Assembly (NCBI RefSeq): GCF_030684315.1
Contig: NC_081356.1
Span: 77,484,835-77,548,834 of the forward strand
DNA length: 64,000 bases
Reading direction: 5' to 3'
Source of the DNA: Stegostoma tigrinum
Lineage: Eukaryota
How positions within the stretch are numbered: the first letter of the stretch is position 1; each line of letters begins with the position of its first letter. This document shows, piece by piece, positions 1 through 14,301 of this stretch. The position numbers and the translations under genes were made by a program. Under the pieces are notes generated by a model. That model had not been told where the DNA came from, searched no databases, and worked only from the letters and a program-made list of their open reading frames with translations.

Positions 1-367
1 CCCATGGCCACCCCCTTAGTCTGTAGGAAGTGGGAGGAGTCAAAAGAGAAGTTGTTGAGTGTGAGGACGAGTTCAGCTAGGCGGATGAGAGTGTCGGTGG
101 AGGGGGACTGGTCGGGCCTGCGGGACAGGAAGAAGCGGAGGGCCTTGAGGCCATCTCCATGCGGAATGCAGGTGTACAGGGACTGGGCGTCCATGGTGAA
201 TATGAGGTGTTGGGGGCCAGGGAATTGGAAGTCCTGGAGGAGGTGGAGGGCGTGGGTGGTGTCACGGACGTAGGTGGGGAGTTCCTGGACCAAAGGGGAG
301 AAAATGGAGTCCAGATAGGTGGAGATGAGTTCGGTGGGGCAGGAACAGACTGAGACGATGGGTTACC
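1..367 (-). mobile_element. Penelope-like retroelement, reverse-transcriptase fragment (cut by window edge)
   Basis: Minus frame reads ...SPLVQELPTYVRDTTHALHLLQDFQFPGPQHLIFTMDAQSLYTCIPH...LVLTLNNFSFDSSHFLQTKGVAMG, matching PLE RT motifs (D-x-x-SLYT, G-x-AMG). Confidence 0.8.
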
Positions 368-570
368 AGCTTTCTTTCAGCACTTTTATGGCTTCAGCTT
401 TTCTCCTTTAGATCTTTGGCATCCTTTTGTCTGCTCTTTACAGTTAGTACTTCTTCCATCTGCAGATTTTTCTATTCTTTCAATTTCTTACATATTGCTG
501 TGTGACAATCTTTACTCCTGGAACTGCCTGTGTGAACGATCATAGGCATCTACCAAGTGGTGGATCTATG

Positions 571-780
571 GAATTGTTTACTGCAGACAGCCATCAAGAT
601 TGTCTCATCAAGTATAATCAAGGCTGAGACAGACAGCTCTTTCTTCAGTAAGGGAATTAACGGTGATGGGAAAAGACGGGAAAGTAGAGATGAGGACTCT
701 CAAATCAGCCACAATCTTATTGAATGGCAGAACCGACTGTATGGGCTGAATGGCCTACCTTTTGCTCCTATGTCTTATGA
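571..780 (+). mobile_element. CR1 LINE 3' tail fragment
   Basis: gtggtggatctatggaattg...atgggctgaatggcctacctttgctcctatgtcttatga resembles the CR1 3' ends seen elsewhere in this window. Confidence 0.6.
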
Positions 781-2754
781 ATTAGAACTACATCAGCTTC
801 ACTGTCATTTTGGTCAAAATCTGGAACTCCTTTCTTAATGTCAATGTGAGTGCACCAGCACCAAATGGACCCCTGTGCTTCAAGAAGTCAGCTCATCACC
901 ACTTTCTCAAGGACACTTAGGAATGGCTAACAAGTTCTATCTTTGCAGTATGCTGGAATCACATAAAGGATTAGAAAAGTCCCGTCACGTCTGAGTTCAC
1001 TGACTTAAAGCAATGTTGTAATTTTAAAACTCTCATTCTTGTTTTTAGATCTTTCTACACCCTCTCCCTTCCACAGCTCTACAATCTTTTTCAGCCCCAC
1101 GTCATCCAAGATACCTATGCTTCTCATGTCCTTTCCAGCTTCCTTTATTTTAGCCTCTCAATAATTGATAGTCATGCCTCCAGCGATTTAAGGAATTCTA
1201 AAGTTTAGAGCTTAACTGAACTTTTCCAACTCTCCATCTCACTTCCCTCCTGTAAGATGCTCCTTAACATTTATCTCATTGACCAACATTTTGGCCATCC
1301 ACTCTAACATCATTCTACGTTGCTCTGTGTCAAATTTTGTTTTATAATTTTTCTGTGATGAAGCTTAGAACATTTTATCGCATTACTAACTAGTATGCAT
1401 GCATGTTGCTGTCAATAAAGTAAATCAAGCACTCCTTGTGATTGTTTTATGTCATAAGTTTACTGTCTACATATTTTGTTGGAAATGCTCTTGTCCACAA
1501 CTTACTGAGTATAAAATAAGTCCAGGGAATACAATTTGAACAGAAAATTTTAAGAAAGGACATAAAAGAACCATTAGACCCAGCAAATTTGACACATCTA
1601 CCAGGTTGACGTTATTTTTAGCAAAATGCTAACACTATTGTACCTGGTTGAGACTAAAAACCTGTAATCAGATGAGCGGCATTTTAAGACACAAACATTA
1701 GGAATTCCTTTCCATTTTCTTCAGCAAAATCTTTTCTCCAAGAAACTGCAGCTGTCTCTCGACCACCATGGATTATTGAAACAGGTTAACTTCAACTGCC
1801 TTTAGTTTGCTCTGGGGACTGGGATTAACTCCAAGAGACTGTGCTTTAGCTGCAGTTCACCCCTGGATACTAGTTACTTCCAGAAACTTAAGCTCCATAA
1901 TACTACGGATACCTCCAGGAGACCACACTTGGCTCAACACCATTGTAATTAGCTCCGAAAAAGGTAGGTTAAACATAGAATAGGGTGCATGAAGGCACTG
2001 TTAGCCACAGTTAATTGTGCTCCAGAAAGACCTGGTAGTCCCAAGAAGCTGAGATTTCTTTACCCAGGAGTTTGTGGTTAGTTTGGGAGAATCACCTAAC
2101 TCCAGAATTAGCAGTAAATATTGCATGAGCCATCGTTTTCCTTTCATATCAAAATCTTGATTATTTATAGTGAGAAGATGAATGAGATCTATAGCAAATG
2201 AACTCCATTGAAATATGACTTGCACAATTTGACTGAACATGAATCAATAAATAACAATCATATGCATGGCTTCCTGCAAAAGGTCTCGGCACGATGAATA
2301 GAAATGTTGTCAAGTAAGTCATTTTGAACAAGTGTGTGAATCACGACAAAGTAATTTTAAGGCTATTTTACATAATGTTGCATGAGGCCTTGAGCTGAAT
2401 CATAAGAGATAATGGGTAATTACATGCTTCTGCAAAGCTTTTGCACTTATGTGAACCCACAGATCCACTTAACACAAGGCTAACAAGCTAGCATATTATT
2501 TATTACTGCGTTGTAGGCAGTAATAGTTTTCTAACTGACTCTTTACATTTTAAAACCATATAGTGGTATGAAGGTTGTACTTCTAGATTTTATTCTGTTG
2601 AACAACATTGTTTTCTCAGTTTATGGAATAGGCCTTCCTGGGCACTGTAACACTTCTGTGATTGTCTCTAATAAGTGAAATATTAATAAGAGATCATGCG
2701 CTAATGGAGCTGGACTGTGTGAACTAGTCAGGGAGACAGCGAAGTGGCCTAGAT

Positions 2755-3075
2755 GTCATAGAATGATAGCATCCCTACTGTGCAGAAAGAGGCCCTTTGG
2801 CCTGTCGAGTTTTCACCAACCCTCCAAAGAGCATCCTATCCAAACCTAGCCCCCTACCCTTTAACCCCACATTACTATGGCTAATCCACCTAGTCTGCAC
2901 ACCTATAGACACTATTGACAACTTAACATGGCCAATCCACCTAACCTGCATATTTTTGGAATGTAGGAGGAAATAAGAGAACCCATACACGAAGAATATG
3001 CATCTGTCCAAGAATAGAATTAAATCTGGGCCCCAAGCACTGCAAGGCAGCTGTGTTAACAACTAAGCCACTCGG
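2755..3075 (-). mobile_element. tRNA-derived SINE (HE1/V-SINE-like)
   Basis: Reverse complement starts gtggcttagttgttaacacagctgcc (A-box-like) and ends in a CR1-like tail; similar to copies at 20377 and 26315. Confidence 0.7.
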
Positions 3076-5429
3076 AATGACTTGAGTCAACTTCTTGTTT
3101 AGGTTTATTTAGGTATTCACTGTTGTAACCAGGGGAGCACCAATAGATCCAAGAGCAATTGCAGCAGCAGACAAAGTGAAAGGCAATATTAGAGAGTTCA
3201 CACACCCTTCGACACTTGACCAAGGTTTAACATCATGTCAAGCCTTCAGAAGGTGAGTAATTGGAGGAAAGGCTTTCTCCCTCTATTTACCATATGTGGA
3301 GCCAAAACCCAACACTAAAACACTTGACTTACAGGAAACAGTAGGAATGGGGTGCAGAGCAAGGAAATTGATTGGGAATGGATTGGGAATTCAGGAGATA
3401 CCTCCTCCCCTGCCAGCATTTACAGGTGATTGGCAGGGATGGAATGACCAGTGGTATATTTAAGATCAAACAAAGCCAACAAAATATACCAAATAATTCC
3501 CTGGTGAGGAAGTACAATGTTTCACTTTTTAACCTTTTTTGTTTTAACACGAACCAGAGTCAATGTCACTTAAACATTTAACTAAAACATCACTGTTGAG
3601 ATGAACTATAAACTAAATGCGAAATAACATGTACCATTCTTGCATCCATTCTTGCAGCTTCAGGTTCTTTGAAGCTTGGATCTTCCCAGGCAGATTTGCA
3701 ACTTCTTTCCTTCAAGAACTTAGTCAATGTCTTCACAGGCAGCAGCATCCATGTAACCTGGGACCTTCCTGTATCATCTTGCAAACAGCAACACACTCAT
3801 TTATGGATCCTTCTCAAATCTAAGCTCTGTTTGATACTGTATCATGGGACTGATGTTAACTTCATACAGTATGGTTGGTTATGTGCATCTCTCTAGCTTT
3901 TTCATCTTCTGTGTTCTTCGGTGCCACATGGGCTTCCTCACTTTAATTTCTTTCCAGTTACCTGTACTTCCAGATGAATGTTGCTGGACCCACATTTCTT
4001 ATTGTCCAAGTATTATAATGGATTCCTTTACAAGTGATGCAAACTCATGAACTCATTAAAAAAAACTCATAAAATACAAATGTTTCAAAACAGGTACAAA
4101 ATTTCCAAATGCTTCAAAATAATTAAACATTTCCTTAATACGATTTCTTCTGAATCAAGGCCATAACGCCTTTGATGATTTCAGTTAAAATAGTAGAGCA
4201 AAATTATATGCCACCATAATGAAAAATTGTTACATTTCATACATGAAAACCTGTCTCAGAAAGGCAAGAAGAGAAAGCCAAAATAAATGGCAATAAATTA
4301 AATCTACCAAAATAATTTTAATAGAATTGGGCGTACAGACACAACACTACATTGTTTATTTATGATTAATTCCCTTAATGTCCTTTCATACAATAACTGC
4401 AGCACCTTGGGTACATTTCCTCTTTGAAGCTCAGGAACCAAAGTGAGCCGTTCAGCCCCGCAATTCTACTCCATCATTCAGATTATGGCTCAATACCTCA
4501 ACAGCATGTTCCTCTACTATCCCTTGATAGCATTAATAACTAGAATTAGTTGCAGAATTTGAAGAAATCCCTCATGTTTTCCAATCATTATCCATTCCAT
4601 CCTCTGCTTGTTTGGTCCTCATCTTCTCTCTGATTAATCCACAAGCTGTTCTTCTGGACCTTTAGCTGAAGGGTTTTGCACTTTGCATCACCAAATTAGA
4701 TAGATGCATCTGTAGATGGAGTGGTACCAGCTTCTTGAAAATTAATTGCAAAGTGGCCAAAATGGCGCAATAAGACTTATTGTTTGTTGTTTAATTGTTT
4801 ATTGTTTAACAGTTCAGCACAGCACAGGCCCTTCGGCAATGTTGTGCCGAGCTTTTACCCTAAACCTAAGGTCTATCTCACCTCCACCGATACTTTATAC
4901 AATCATCCATATGCCTATCTAACAGCTGCTTAAATGCCCCTATTGAGGCTGACTCCACTACTCTCTCTGGCAATGCATTCCATGCCCTGACCACCCTCTG
5001 AATAAAGAACCTAAATGAGATGAGGCTTAATGAGATGTCTTTCTATTGCCATGCCATTTTGTCAGTGGTGGGAATCTGAACAATTGGCTGCCCACTAGGA
5101 AGCTAATTGAGCCAGTTGAGGCCAATGAATCGCCTCTTGACACTTGCATGTGTATTTTGTTGGCTTCACGGAGGGTTTACCATTAAATGGGGAGACTGTC
5201 CAGTGAAAGCTGATGGAATCCCAGTGAGATCCAGGGGCCAGGGCCCCCAAACGTCAATGGTCATGGAATCTTTGAAGGGGAGAAAGTGAGGTTAGGCAAC
5301 CGGAAGGCTAGGGAACCGGAAGGCTAGGGATCATGATGGGGGTTTCAGTGTGCCCAATACCACCCCTTCATGGCCACGGTCTGCCCAGGTTTGAGGGTCC
5401 TGGCCTCCAGAACTGTCCAGGAACTTTCT

Positions 5430-5710
5430 TTTAATTTGCTCATGGGACAAGGGTGTTACTGGTTAGGCCAACATTTGTCCATTCCTAATTGTCCAGAGGC
5501 TAGTTAGAAGTCAGCCACAATGCTGTGGGTCTGGAGTCACATGTAGGCCAGACCAGGTAAGTCCGGCAGTTTCTTTCCCTAAAGGACGTTAGTGAACCAG
5601 ATGGGTTTTTATGACAATCAACAATGGTTTTGTGGTCAGCAGTAGACTCTTAATTCCATATTTTTATTGAATTCAACTTCCACCATCTGCAGTAGCAGGA
5701 TACCACGAGG
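5430..5710 (-). mobile_element. Deu-domain SINE (SacSINE1-like)
   Basis: Contains the reverse complement of ttacctggtctggcctacatgtgactccagacccacagca, shared with copies at 32280 and 54860. Confidence 0.65.
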
Positions 5711-7369
5711 CTTTACTGGACAGTCTCCCCATACAGCACCATACCCTCCGTGATGTGAGGCAGCTGTCTATGTACGTGTGGGTATGAACCTTTTCCTGTT
5801 GTCGATCTGCCCTGGCATCTTCAAGTACCTGTCCATTCTCATCTTTTACTAAGAAAAGATCTGCCTTGAAGAGAGCTTTTACCAAGGCGGGGGGAGGTTT
5901 ATACCACCTCCTACCCTCTATCCTAGGTATTCCCATTAATTATTTTCTCACACAGTGTATGTCCACTTCAGCAATAAAACAAATGCCCTTTAAACTTATT
6001 CTGCTTTTGGCAGGGCAAATCCGATCACCTTCGTCACAAGGGGAAACACTCATTTCCTGGCACTAACTGAGGTACATGATGCAGAAGATAATTCTCCACC
6101 ACATTTTTATTTTGTGTCATTATCATACTATTTAAATTGTCCCGCTAAATTTGGTCGGGAAGTGCTTAACCTAGCCTGAAACATGCCTAAAAATCTGTGC
6201 TTCTGGCCAGTTTTCCCCTCAGCATTTTGCCCCAGGCACAAACAAAAGGATTATTCATATTATGGTTGTTTCACTTGCTGATCTCCCCATCATGACTTCT
6301 TTAGAAAGTACTATTTCAGTCATGAAATACTATAGAAAACCATGGGAATGAAACCAAGTAAGAAATGTGCTTTGGAATTCTATTGCTTAATATAAAGCAG
6401 AGTCTGTTTAATTATTTTGAGATGGTCAATACCTTACAGATGTTTTCATTTATTTAATATTAGTCGCTGGGAACAAAGCAGAGCAATTGCATGCCTGAAG
6501 TACCTTCAACATCATGGTTAAACCTTCAGCCAGTCTCACAAAGCAAATACTGTTGACAGCTAATTAATATGATCCGAGATCAGAAACTACAGTCCAACAA
6601 CAGACTAAAAATACCACCTTAAGATAATTTGTTATTTAACATTTCCACAGCAAATATTTGTTTATTTCAGCAATGCATGTATTTTATAGATTGAGCTGTA
6701 GTTATATGAATTATTTTAAATACTTAATCTTTTTAACAGTTCAGAAAACCAAACGTCTTACAATTGCAAAATGCTACTTCCACGAGACTTTTGAGGAATT
6801 GGTTTGTTCAGAGGCTAAATCTGAATATAATTTTAACTCAGTGGTATTTGTGGACAATGCCAACTGCACTTATCTAATCTGAATACATTACAATAATCTT
6901 TCCAGTTCGATGCTATTTTGCCAATATATCCAATTGTTACCTGATTTTGTATGAGGATCTGCTACCTGTATAAACTTCATATGGATTTGTTTGTATAAAG
7001 TAACCAATTTAACTTTACACCTTATTTAACTATCATAGTGGTTAACTTTTATGATTTTTTGATACAGTGCCTCACAGGAGGCTACTGAGCAAGGTGAGGG
7101 CCCATGGTGTTTGAGGTGAGCTACTGGCTTGGATTGAGGATTGGCTGTCTGACAGAGGCAGAGAGTTGGGATAAAAGGCTCTTTTTCGGAATGGCAACCA
7201 GTGACGAGTGGTGTCCCACAGGGTTCAGCGGAGTGGACTTGATGGGCCAAATGGCCTTAATTCCACTCCTATGTCTTATGGTCTTATGGTCTTAATTGGT
7301 ACTTGCATTATTATCAAAACTGTAGCCATGAATACATCTGAGTGCTCCATCTAGTGTACAGTTACATTA

Positions 7370-7620
7370 ATGCAGTTCTGACGAAGGGTAAATGGATTTG
7401 AAAGCTTAAATCAACTTTTTTTCTCTCTGCAGACACTAACACCTGAAGAAGGAATGAGGTTCTGAAATTTGTGTTTTCAAATAAACCTGTTGGATTATAA
7501 ACTGGTGTCATGTAATTTCTGACTTAGTCCACCCCAGTCCAACACTGGCACGTCCACATCACCCACAGGTACAGCCAGACCTGCTGAGTTTCTCCAGCAC
7601 TTTCCATTTTTATTTTACAT
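7370..7620 (+). mobile_element. Two nested Penelope-like element termini with decayed hammerhead cores
   Basis: ctgacga...gaaa near 7378 and ctgaaga-a-ggaat-gag-gttct-gaaa at 7443-7467; flanking sequence (agacctgctgagtttctccagca) matches the PLE terminus at 47270-47330. Confidence 0.6.
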
Positions 7621-9667
7621 TAAAGCAGTAGTGATTTGCCTTTTTCATGGAAACTCTGGCTATCCACCTTCATTTTGAGTTGTATAGTAATACAATGACT
7701 ATTATACTAATTACTAACCTAAACAGCCTGATTTCAAACACCACCATGCAAAATTAAATAATTTGTGACTTAATGCAAGGTAATTGACATGAAATTTGCC
7801 ATGCTGTCACAAAAATGCAATGGATTTCTTAATGCGCTTCAAGGCAGGAAACCCACTGATCCTGGCCTGTATAACCTACTTCTCCAATCTGTGTGCATTT
7901 TCTGCTCATTCTTAGTGGCCAAACCAGAGACTTATTTTTTAATAAATACCCATAAGATGAAGGACTACCTTCTGCTTCAAGCAACACAGAATGGGCAATA
8001 CACTCACCACAAATACAATAAATGGGATTTCTAGGTTATTTTTGAGTCCATGTAATGTGGTAAAATTAGCATGGATATTAATTCTAATGACATTAATACT
8101 GAAATCGTCTTTGGTGCAAATTAAAATTTGCAGCCTGACTTTCTAAAATTAGCATTTTGCCTGTTTTCCAACTTAAGTGCACAGATACATACAATTCAGA
8201 ATGATGGCAGTATTATTCCTCCACTTGGAAATCCTGTTCGTGAATGGTGAAGCTGAAAACTAACTTTAGCATTTAAGTGAAACCAATCTGTACTCAGCTA
8301 TTTGAAAAGCTCTTTTTCCTGTTTATAAGCACAAGTGTAAGCAGGAAGGGAGGGGCCAGGCATATAATTGAATGTGATGGGATAGGGTGGAGAGTCGTTA
8401 CATTCCCAGTTTCCTGCACCCACGTCACTCCCACTCATTCCACATCAGCTGCCACCACCACGCCCCTGATTGATTAACGTCCTTAATTTGCCAATTAAGG
8501 GCCACATCCCTATGCTGCTGCTATTTTACCAGATGTGAGGGGAGGTGCATCTGCCATGGCAGTAGGCCGTCAAGTAGGCTGTTGGTCTCCCTTCAGACTC
8601 GGGTGGGATTGCCTTCCTGATTGGGCACCCTAAGGACCCTTAAGGTGTGCCCCCCTGAAAGAGCATCCTCTTCCTTCCACAATGACCCTGCCTCAATTCC
8701 CCCGCCCCCCCCCAACAACCTCAGTCAGGCCTGCCTGCCCGCCCAGCTATAGAAAACCAGGCCCACCTCCAGAGACTCTGCCAAGGCTGTTTCTCTGGAG
8801 ACCAGCTGCAGTTGACAAGTACATGGAAAGGGAAGGTTCAGAGGGATATAGGCCATTTGCAGGCAAATGGGATGAATTCAGTTTAGGAAACCTCGCTGGC
8901 ATGGGTGAAGTATTTGTTTCTGTGCTGTCTGACTCTAGTTCCAACAGTGATTGCTGCTCCCAATGCTAATGCAACAAGTGTCCAACTGCTAGCTTCCTGT
9001 GTGGTTGACAGCTCTGGGAGGCCAGCTTTTCACCTTTATAGGCACATGCACACTTCCATGGCAGGTGTGACTGCCTGGATCAATGCTTAACACCAATAGT
9101 GCTCCCAGTAATTGCTACAGTAGGCTTGACACTGGCTTTCCAGTCAGTAGATAGTGCGCTTCCCTGGCATTAAATTCCATCAAAAGGGATTGTGTCACCT
9201 CTCATACCTCAAAGTATTTCCACCGCTTACATGGTAACAGTCAGAAGTGGAAAGAGACATTCCTAGGTTCTTTTGAATGTGTACAGCTGCAGTGACACAG
9301 AAGTAAACTTGAAGTGGTCTTTATAGGAAAATCTCGGTCATACGTGACATAGGGGTCAATGGCAAGAGAATTATTTATTGGTCATCTCCAGTCACTTTGA
9401 GAATGTGTTGGTGAATATCATTCTGAACCGTTCACCTCATGTAGTGAAGATACTTCCAGGGTGCTGTTGGGGATGGAGTTCCTGAAGGTTGATCTAGAGA
9501 CCATGAAGGAATGGCAATCCGTTTCCTATTCAGGCTAGTATGTGATTTGGAGAAAACACGTCTGCATTTGGTGCCTTGACATTCTAGACATTAGACACCA
9601 ACAGTTTAAAAGATTTGAGAATCCTTAATGGTTTGCTGTCGAGTATCTTATGTACAGAGTGCTTACC

Positions 9668-10985
9668 TAAGATACTGAGGTATAGGATCTATTCCCATTT
9701 GGAAGAAAATGGGCTTATCAGTGATAGGCAACATGGTTTTGTACAGGGAAGGTCATGTCTTACCAACTTAATAGAATTCTTTGAGGACGTGACAAAGTTG
9801 ATTGATGAGGGAAAGGCTGTAGATGTCATATACATGGACTTCAGTCAGGCGTTTGAGAAGGTTCCCCATGGCAAGCTAATGGAGAAAATGAAGTTACATG
9901 GGGTCCAGGGTGTGCTAGCTAGATGGATAAAAAACTGGCTCGGCACAGGAGACAGAGAGTAGTAGTAGAAGGAGGTTTCTCAAATAAGGAGACCTGTAAC
10001 CAGTGGTGTTCCACAGGGATCTGTGCTGGGACCACTGTTGTTTGTGGTATATGTAAATGATCTGGAGGTAGGTGTAGGTGGTCTGATCAGCAAGTTTGCT
10101 GATAACACTAAGATTGGTGGAGTAGCTGATAGTGAAGGGGACTGTCAGAGATTACAGCAGAATATAGATAGACTGGAGAGTTGGGCAGATAAATGGCAGA
10201 TGGAGTTCAATCCGGGCAAATGCGAGGTGATGCATTTTGGAAGATCAAATTCAAGGGGGAACTATACAGTAAATGGAAACGTCCTAGGGAAAATTGATGA
10301 ACAGAGAGATCTGGGTGTTCAGGTCCATTGTTCCCTAAAGGTGACAAAGCAGGTCAATAGGGTCGTCAAGAAGGCATACGGCATGCTTTCCTTCATCGGA
10401 CGGGGTATTGAGTACAAGAGTTGGCAGGACATGTTGCAGTTGTATAGGACTTTGGTTCGGCCACATTTGGAGTACTGTGTACAGTTCTGGTCGCCACATT
10501 ACCAAAAGGATGTGGATGCTTTGGAGAGGGTGCAGAGGAGGTTCACCAGGATGTTGCCTGGTATGGAGGGTGCTAGCTATGAAGAGAGGTTGAATAGATT
10601 AGGATTATTTTCATTAGAAAGACGGAGATTGAGGGGGGGGGGCCTGATTGAGGTCTACTAAATCATGAGGGGTATTGACAGGGTGAATAGCAAAAAGCTT
10701 TTTCCCAGAGTGGGGGACTCAATGACTAGGGGTCATGAGTTCAAAGTGAGAGGAGGAAAGTTTAAGGGAGATATGCGTGGAAAGTTCTTTACACAGAGGG
10801 TGGTTGATGCCTGGAGACATGTTAGCGTCTTTTAAGATATATTTGGTCAGGTACATGGATGAGCAGGGAGCAAAAGGACACAGATGGTTAGAAAATTGAT
10901 GACAGGTTAGACAGAGAATCTCGATCGGCACAGGCTTGGAGGGCCGAAGGGCCTGTTCCTGTGCTGTAATTTTCTTTGTTCTTTG
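9668..10985 (+). mobile_element. CR1 LINE, 5'-truncated ORF2 (RT plus C-terminus) with 3' tail
   Basis: ORFs 9615-9962 and 10023-10661 give QHGFVQGRSCLTNL, YMDFSQAF, SKFADNTK and RPHLEYCVQFWSP; frameshifted. Confidence 0.92.
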
Positions 10986-10989
10986 AGAT

Positions 10990-11400
10990 CACCCCTCATT
11001 TGTTTAAACTCTCAACAAAGGCCTAACCTTATTAGATGTTCTTGATAAGTCAACTACTTCATCCCAGGAGTCATCTAGTGAATCTCTTTGAATAGCCTCC
11101 AATATCAATACATCCTTCCTTAAAGTGCTGTCATAACAAGACTCTCTATTTTTAAACTCCCAGCACCCCAGCGACCAAAATCCCATTGGTCTTTTAACTT
11201 ACTTGTTGCACCTGTATACTAATACCCAAGAACACCCAGATTTCTCTGCACTGTATTTTTAGTGTTTCTCTCCATTTAAATAATAGTCTGTCTTTCATTC
11301 GTCCTACCAAAGTGAATCACCTCAAATTTTCCTACATTAAACTCCATCTGCCAAGTTTTAGCCCACTCGTTCAATCTATCTTTATCCCCTTACAGATTCC
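10990..11400 (-). mobile_element. Degenerate CR1 ORF2 fragment
   Basis: Minus ORF LRKDVLILEAIQR... plus residual WQMEFNV-like sequence. Confidence 0.6.
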
Positions 11401-14301
11401 TATACCCTTGCTCCTTTGTTTACTACGTTGCACCACTGTTACACAATGTATGGTGTGGAGAGGTATTTACAGGAGAATATTGTTGACCTGCTCATGTCTA
11501 TGAAGAAGCAAAACTTGGCTTAAAACGCACATAAACAGTAGTAATCTCCTTGTAAATTACAGCACAATTTACAGTTCAAAAACACAGTTTTAATTGAAGA
11601 TTGTAGCAACAGGCTGAAACAGAAAAGTAGAAACATATTGTTGGCTCAGTCAGCTTGAAAGCATGTCACATAGCTGTTTTCTGCCATTTTCTAAGAATAT
11701 CTAACACAGAATGGCCATAGAAGGAATAAAGGCACAAAATAGTCAGTTAAAATAAATGTAGCAAGTTTGGAAGAGGTAGAGAATTGAATTCCCAGTTAAG
11801 GTCATATTGGGCTCAAAACACAAACAAACTCCGCTTCTCTCTCACAGTTGTTGCCAGAACTAAAACTTTCTGTTCCTATTTCAGATCTCCAACATCCACA
11901 GTACTTTGCTTTGTTTAAGACAGGAGAACTGCTTTGTTTCCATGGAACTGAGGTGGATAACAAGGTTCCTCATGCGAAGAAAAGGCACTGGCACTGGGCT
12001 GATTTTCTTCCTACCAAGTGCATAACCTCCCACTTTGCTACATTAAACTCCATCTACCAAATTTATGGACATTCACTCGATCAATGTATATCCCCTTGCA
12101 GATTCCTTGCATCTTCAATCCAATTGCTGGAAAATATTTGATGAATTGAACAAGGTAATAAGGCACCACCCTACCATTTCTTCTATGGGCAGCAACAAAT
12201 TTCTCACTCTGAAATTAACAGCTAGGCTTTAAATGAGTCTTCAAAGTGCTAACTGTTTAATGGGGTCTTGACTGGGGAACTCACATCCCTGTAGCTTCTT
12301 TCTCATTTGAACAGTGCAACCCTCTGCATGCTAATACCCACTGAGCATTTGGTCAACCATTAGTCTCATTAAAGTGTACTCATGTCCCTTTTAATGACAA
12401 ATGGAAAATGGGCATGCAATATTGAATCAGGCAAAAACTGAATCTTGACCTCTTCTCTGTGAGGCCTGGACAATTTCAACTTCCAAACCTTATCTGCTTG
12501 TGAGTTGGCAATTGTTTGTCTCAGTGGCTGGAGGGTGGGACCAAAAAATGGTTTGTGCTGTCATGGGAGATAGTGAGAAAAGTTCTGTGAAGGTGGAGGG
12601 GAGAGAAGATTAAATTCTACTGATGTCAGAGTCACAGGACTGCAAGGTAAGTAAAATAAAAATTCAATCCAATCTTTCCTACCTCTTGATTCCTTTTTTA
12701 TTCATTGGCGAGATGTCTTATGAGATCTTGATTATAAAGGCTTCAAAAACAATGTTGGAGCAATTAAAGTAATTTTTTGAATAGCACAGTTTGGAGGAAA
12801 TGCCACAAAGCCTAACCCCACTCTGCCCATACCAGATACTGATTTCCAGAAAGGGATTCCAACTTCAGAAGCGTGTTAATGTTACCTGCTCAGGAGAAAT
12901 GTTTAAAATAGATTAGTCACTTAGGAGGTCCTCTGCTGCTTCTTCACAGATTATCAGATTGAAAAGTACATTGCTGATGCCTGAGTTACTGGTTGAACAA
13001 CCCTCAGTGTGACTTCCCTGTGAAACACCGTAGAACCACAACCTTCCAGCTCTTACACTTCAATTAAGGGTTTTACCAATTGATTGGTAATACTTGACCC
13101 CTTTTGAAAGGATCACCGCAAATAAACTGTAAGGAAACCTAACAAATTAAACTAAAATGGCATTTCTGAGGGCATTTACTTAATGGCATTTACTTAATCT
13201 ACATTTCCTCTCGTGTCCTTTAGTCATACACAGGCCCACACATACTGTAAGATACTGCAATTGTGTAGTTCCTGTTTGGGGATACTGGGAAATGGATGGA
13301 CGCAGAATGAGCCCCTCAACCATTCATTAGCTGCCTCAAGCTTCTATCCCATGCTTAGCTACTAACTTCTTTCCTGCAGACTGATCACCAATGGGCTAAG
13401 GTACGCATGGAGACACATTTGGAAAAAGATAGTGATGAAGACAGCAGGAGGAATACAGACATTACCATCTTCTTGTGGACAACGATGATGAGAGACAAAG
13501 GAGAATGATGATGAAGGGGGTGAGGCAGGAGATCAATTTGGATCTGAAACAATCCATGAGTTCCTGCACAAATCTCTTCTCTCATTATTCTGTTCCTTCT
13601 CCGGCTCAAACTCCTTGCTTAATTCAGATTGTTTCATCCGAAGGAATTAGAAAAGGCCAGCGAGGAAGTCATATCAGGTGGTTCACACAACACGAGGCAG
13701 CTGGAAGAGTGGGGATTGAAAGAGGATGTGCCATCTTCCTACTGACTGCTGAGGAGAAGGTTGCTGCCCAGAACTTCAAAGAGTTGAGCAGCTCAAACAC
13801 AGGGCTGCATGCTACAGCATTCACTTTCAGTAACATTCGAGAAGTTTTTTTCTTTGTTGCAGGAATAGAGACACAGGCCACATCTTTGGGAGATAAATGT
13901 TGGCCTGCCCAGTGACACCCATGTCATATGAGCAAATTTAGAAAGAGAAGAACTAAGCAGTGCCATCGCTCTTCATAACTACCTATTGCTAATCCTATCA
14001 TCCAATAATGTCATGAGTGCTACCTAGAAGAACTGAAGATAGCACAAATACAAACTAAGCTTTTACGATCTCAAGATTAATTTTTCCTGTCATACAGACT
14101 TGGCACAATGTTGCTGTATACCAAATTCTTTAAAAAAGGTTGAAACAAAACTAATAAATGATGTTATATTTTGGGACATACATAGAAAAAGAAAGCAAAA
14201 CATCACATTGGATTCAAAAATATAACAAAATATTTAAAAATATACATTAAAGATTTAAACATCTTCATTTGAGATATTGTAGTCTATGTCAGACTTCTTC
14301 C

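Noticed and set aside
3590-4050. Cluster of short overlapping ORFs in unassigned sequence
   Set aside because: No consistent frame, splice pattern or recognisable motif.
5299-5330. 16-bp tandem duplication aaccggaaggctaggg x2 with ETS-like CCGGAAG
   Set aside because: A simple local duplication with no promoter context; no support for function.
6658-6882. KRLTIA peptide resembling the start of PGGT1B exon 2
   Set aside because: Far upstream of exon 1 and the match ends after five residues; chance.
13200-13620. Possible remnant of the Harbinger transposase partner, tail-to-tail with the Myb gene (HIL*DTAI..LFGDTG and an acidic stretch)
   Set aside because: Only a few residues resemble the LLGDxGY motif, the frame has stops, and no other DDE motifs (IDGTH, ERxFG, CxLHN) were found. 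A profile tBLASTn would be needed.
13475-13915. 146-aa ORF on +
   Set aside because: No recognisable domain, non-ATG start, and the 3' part runs into a SINE-like tail.
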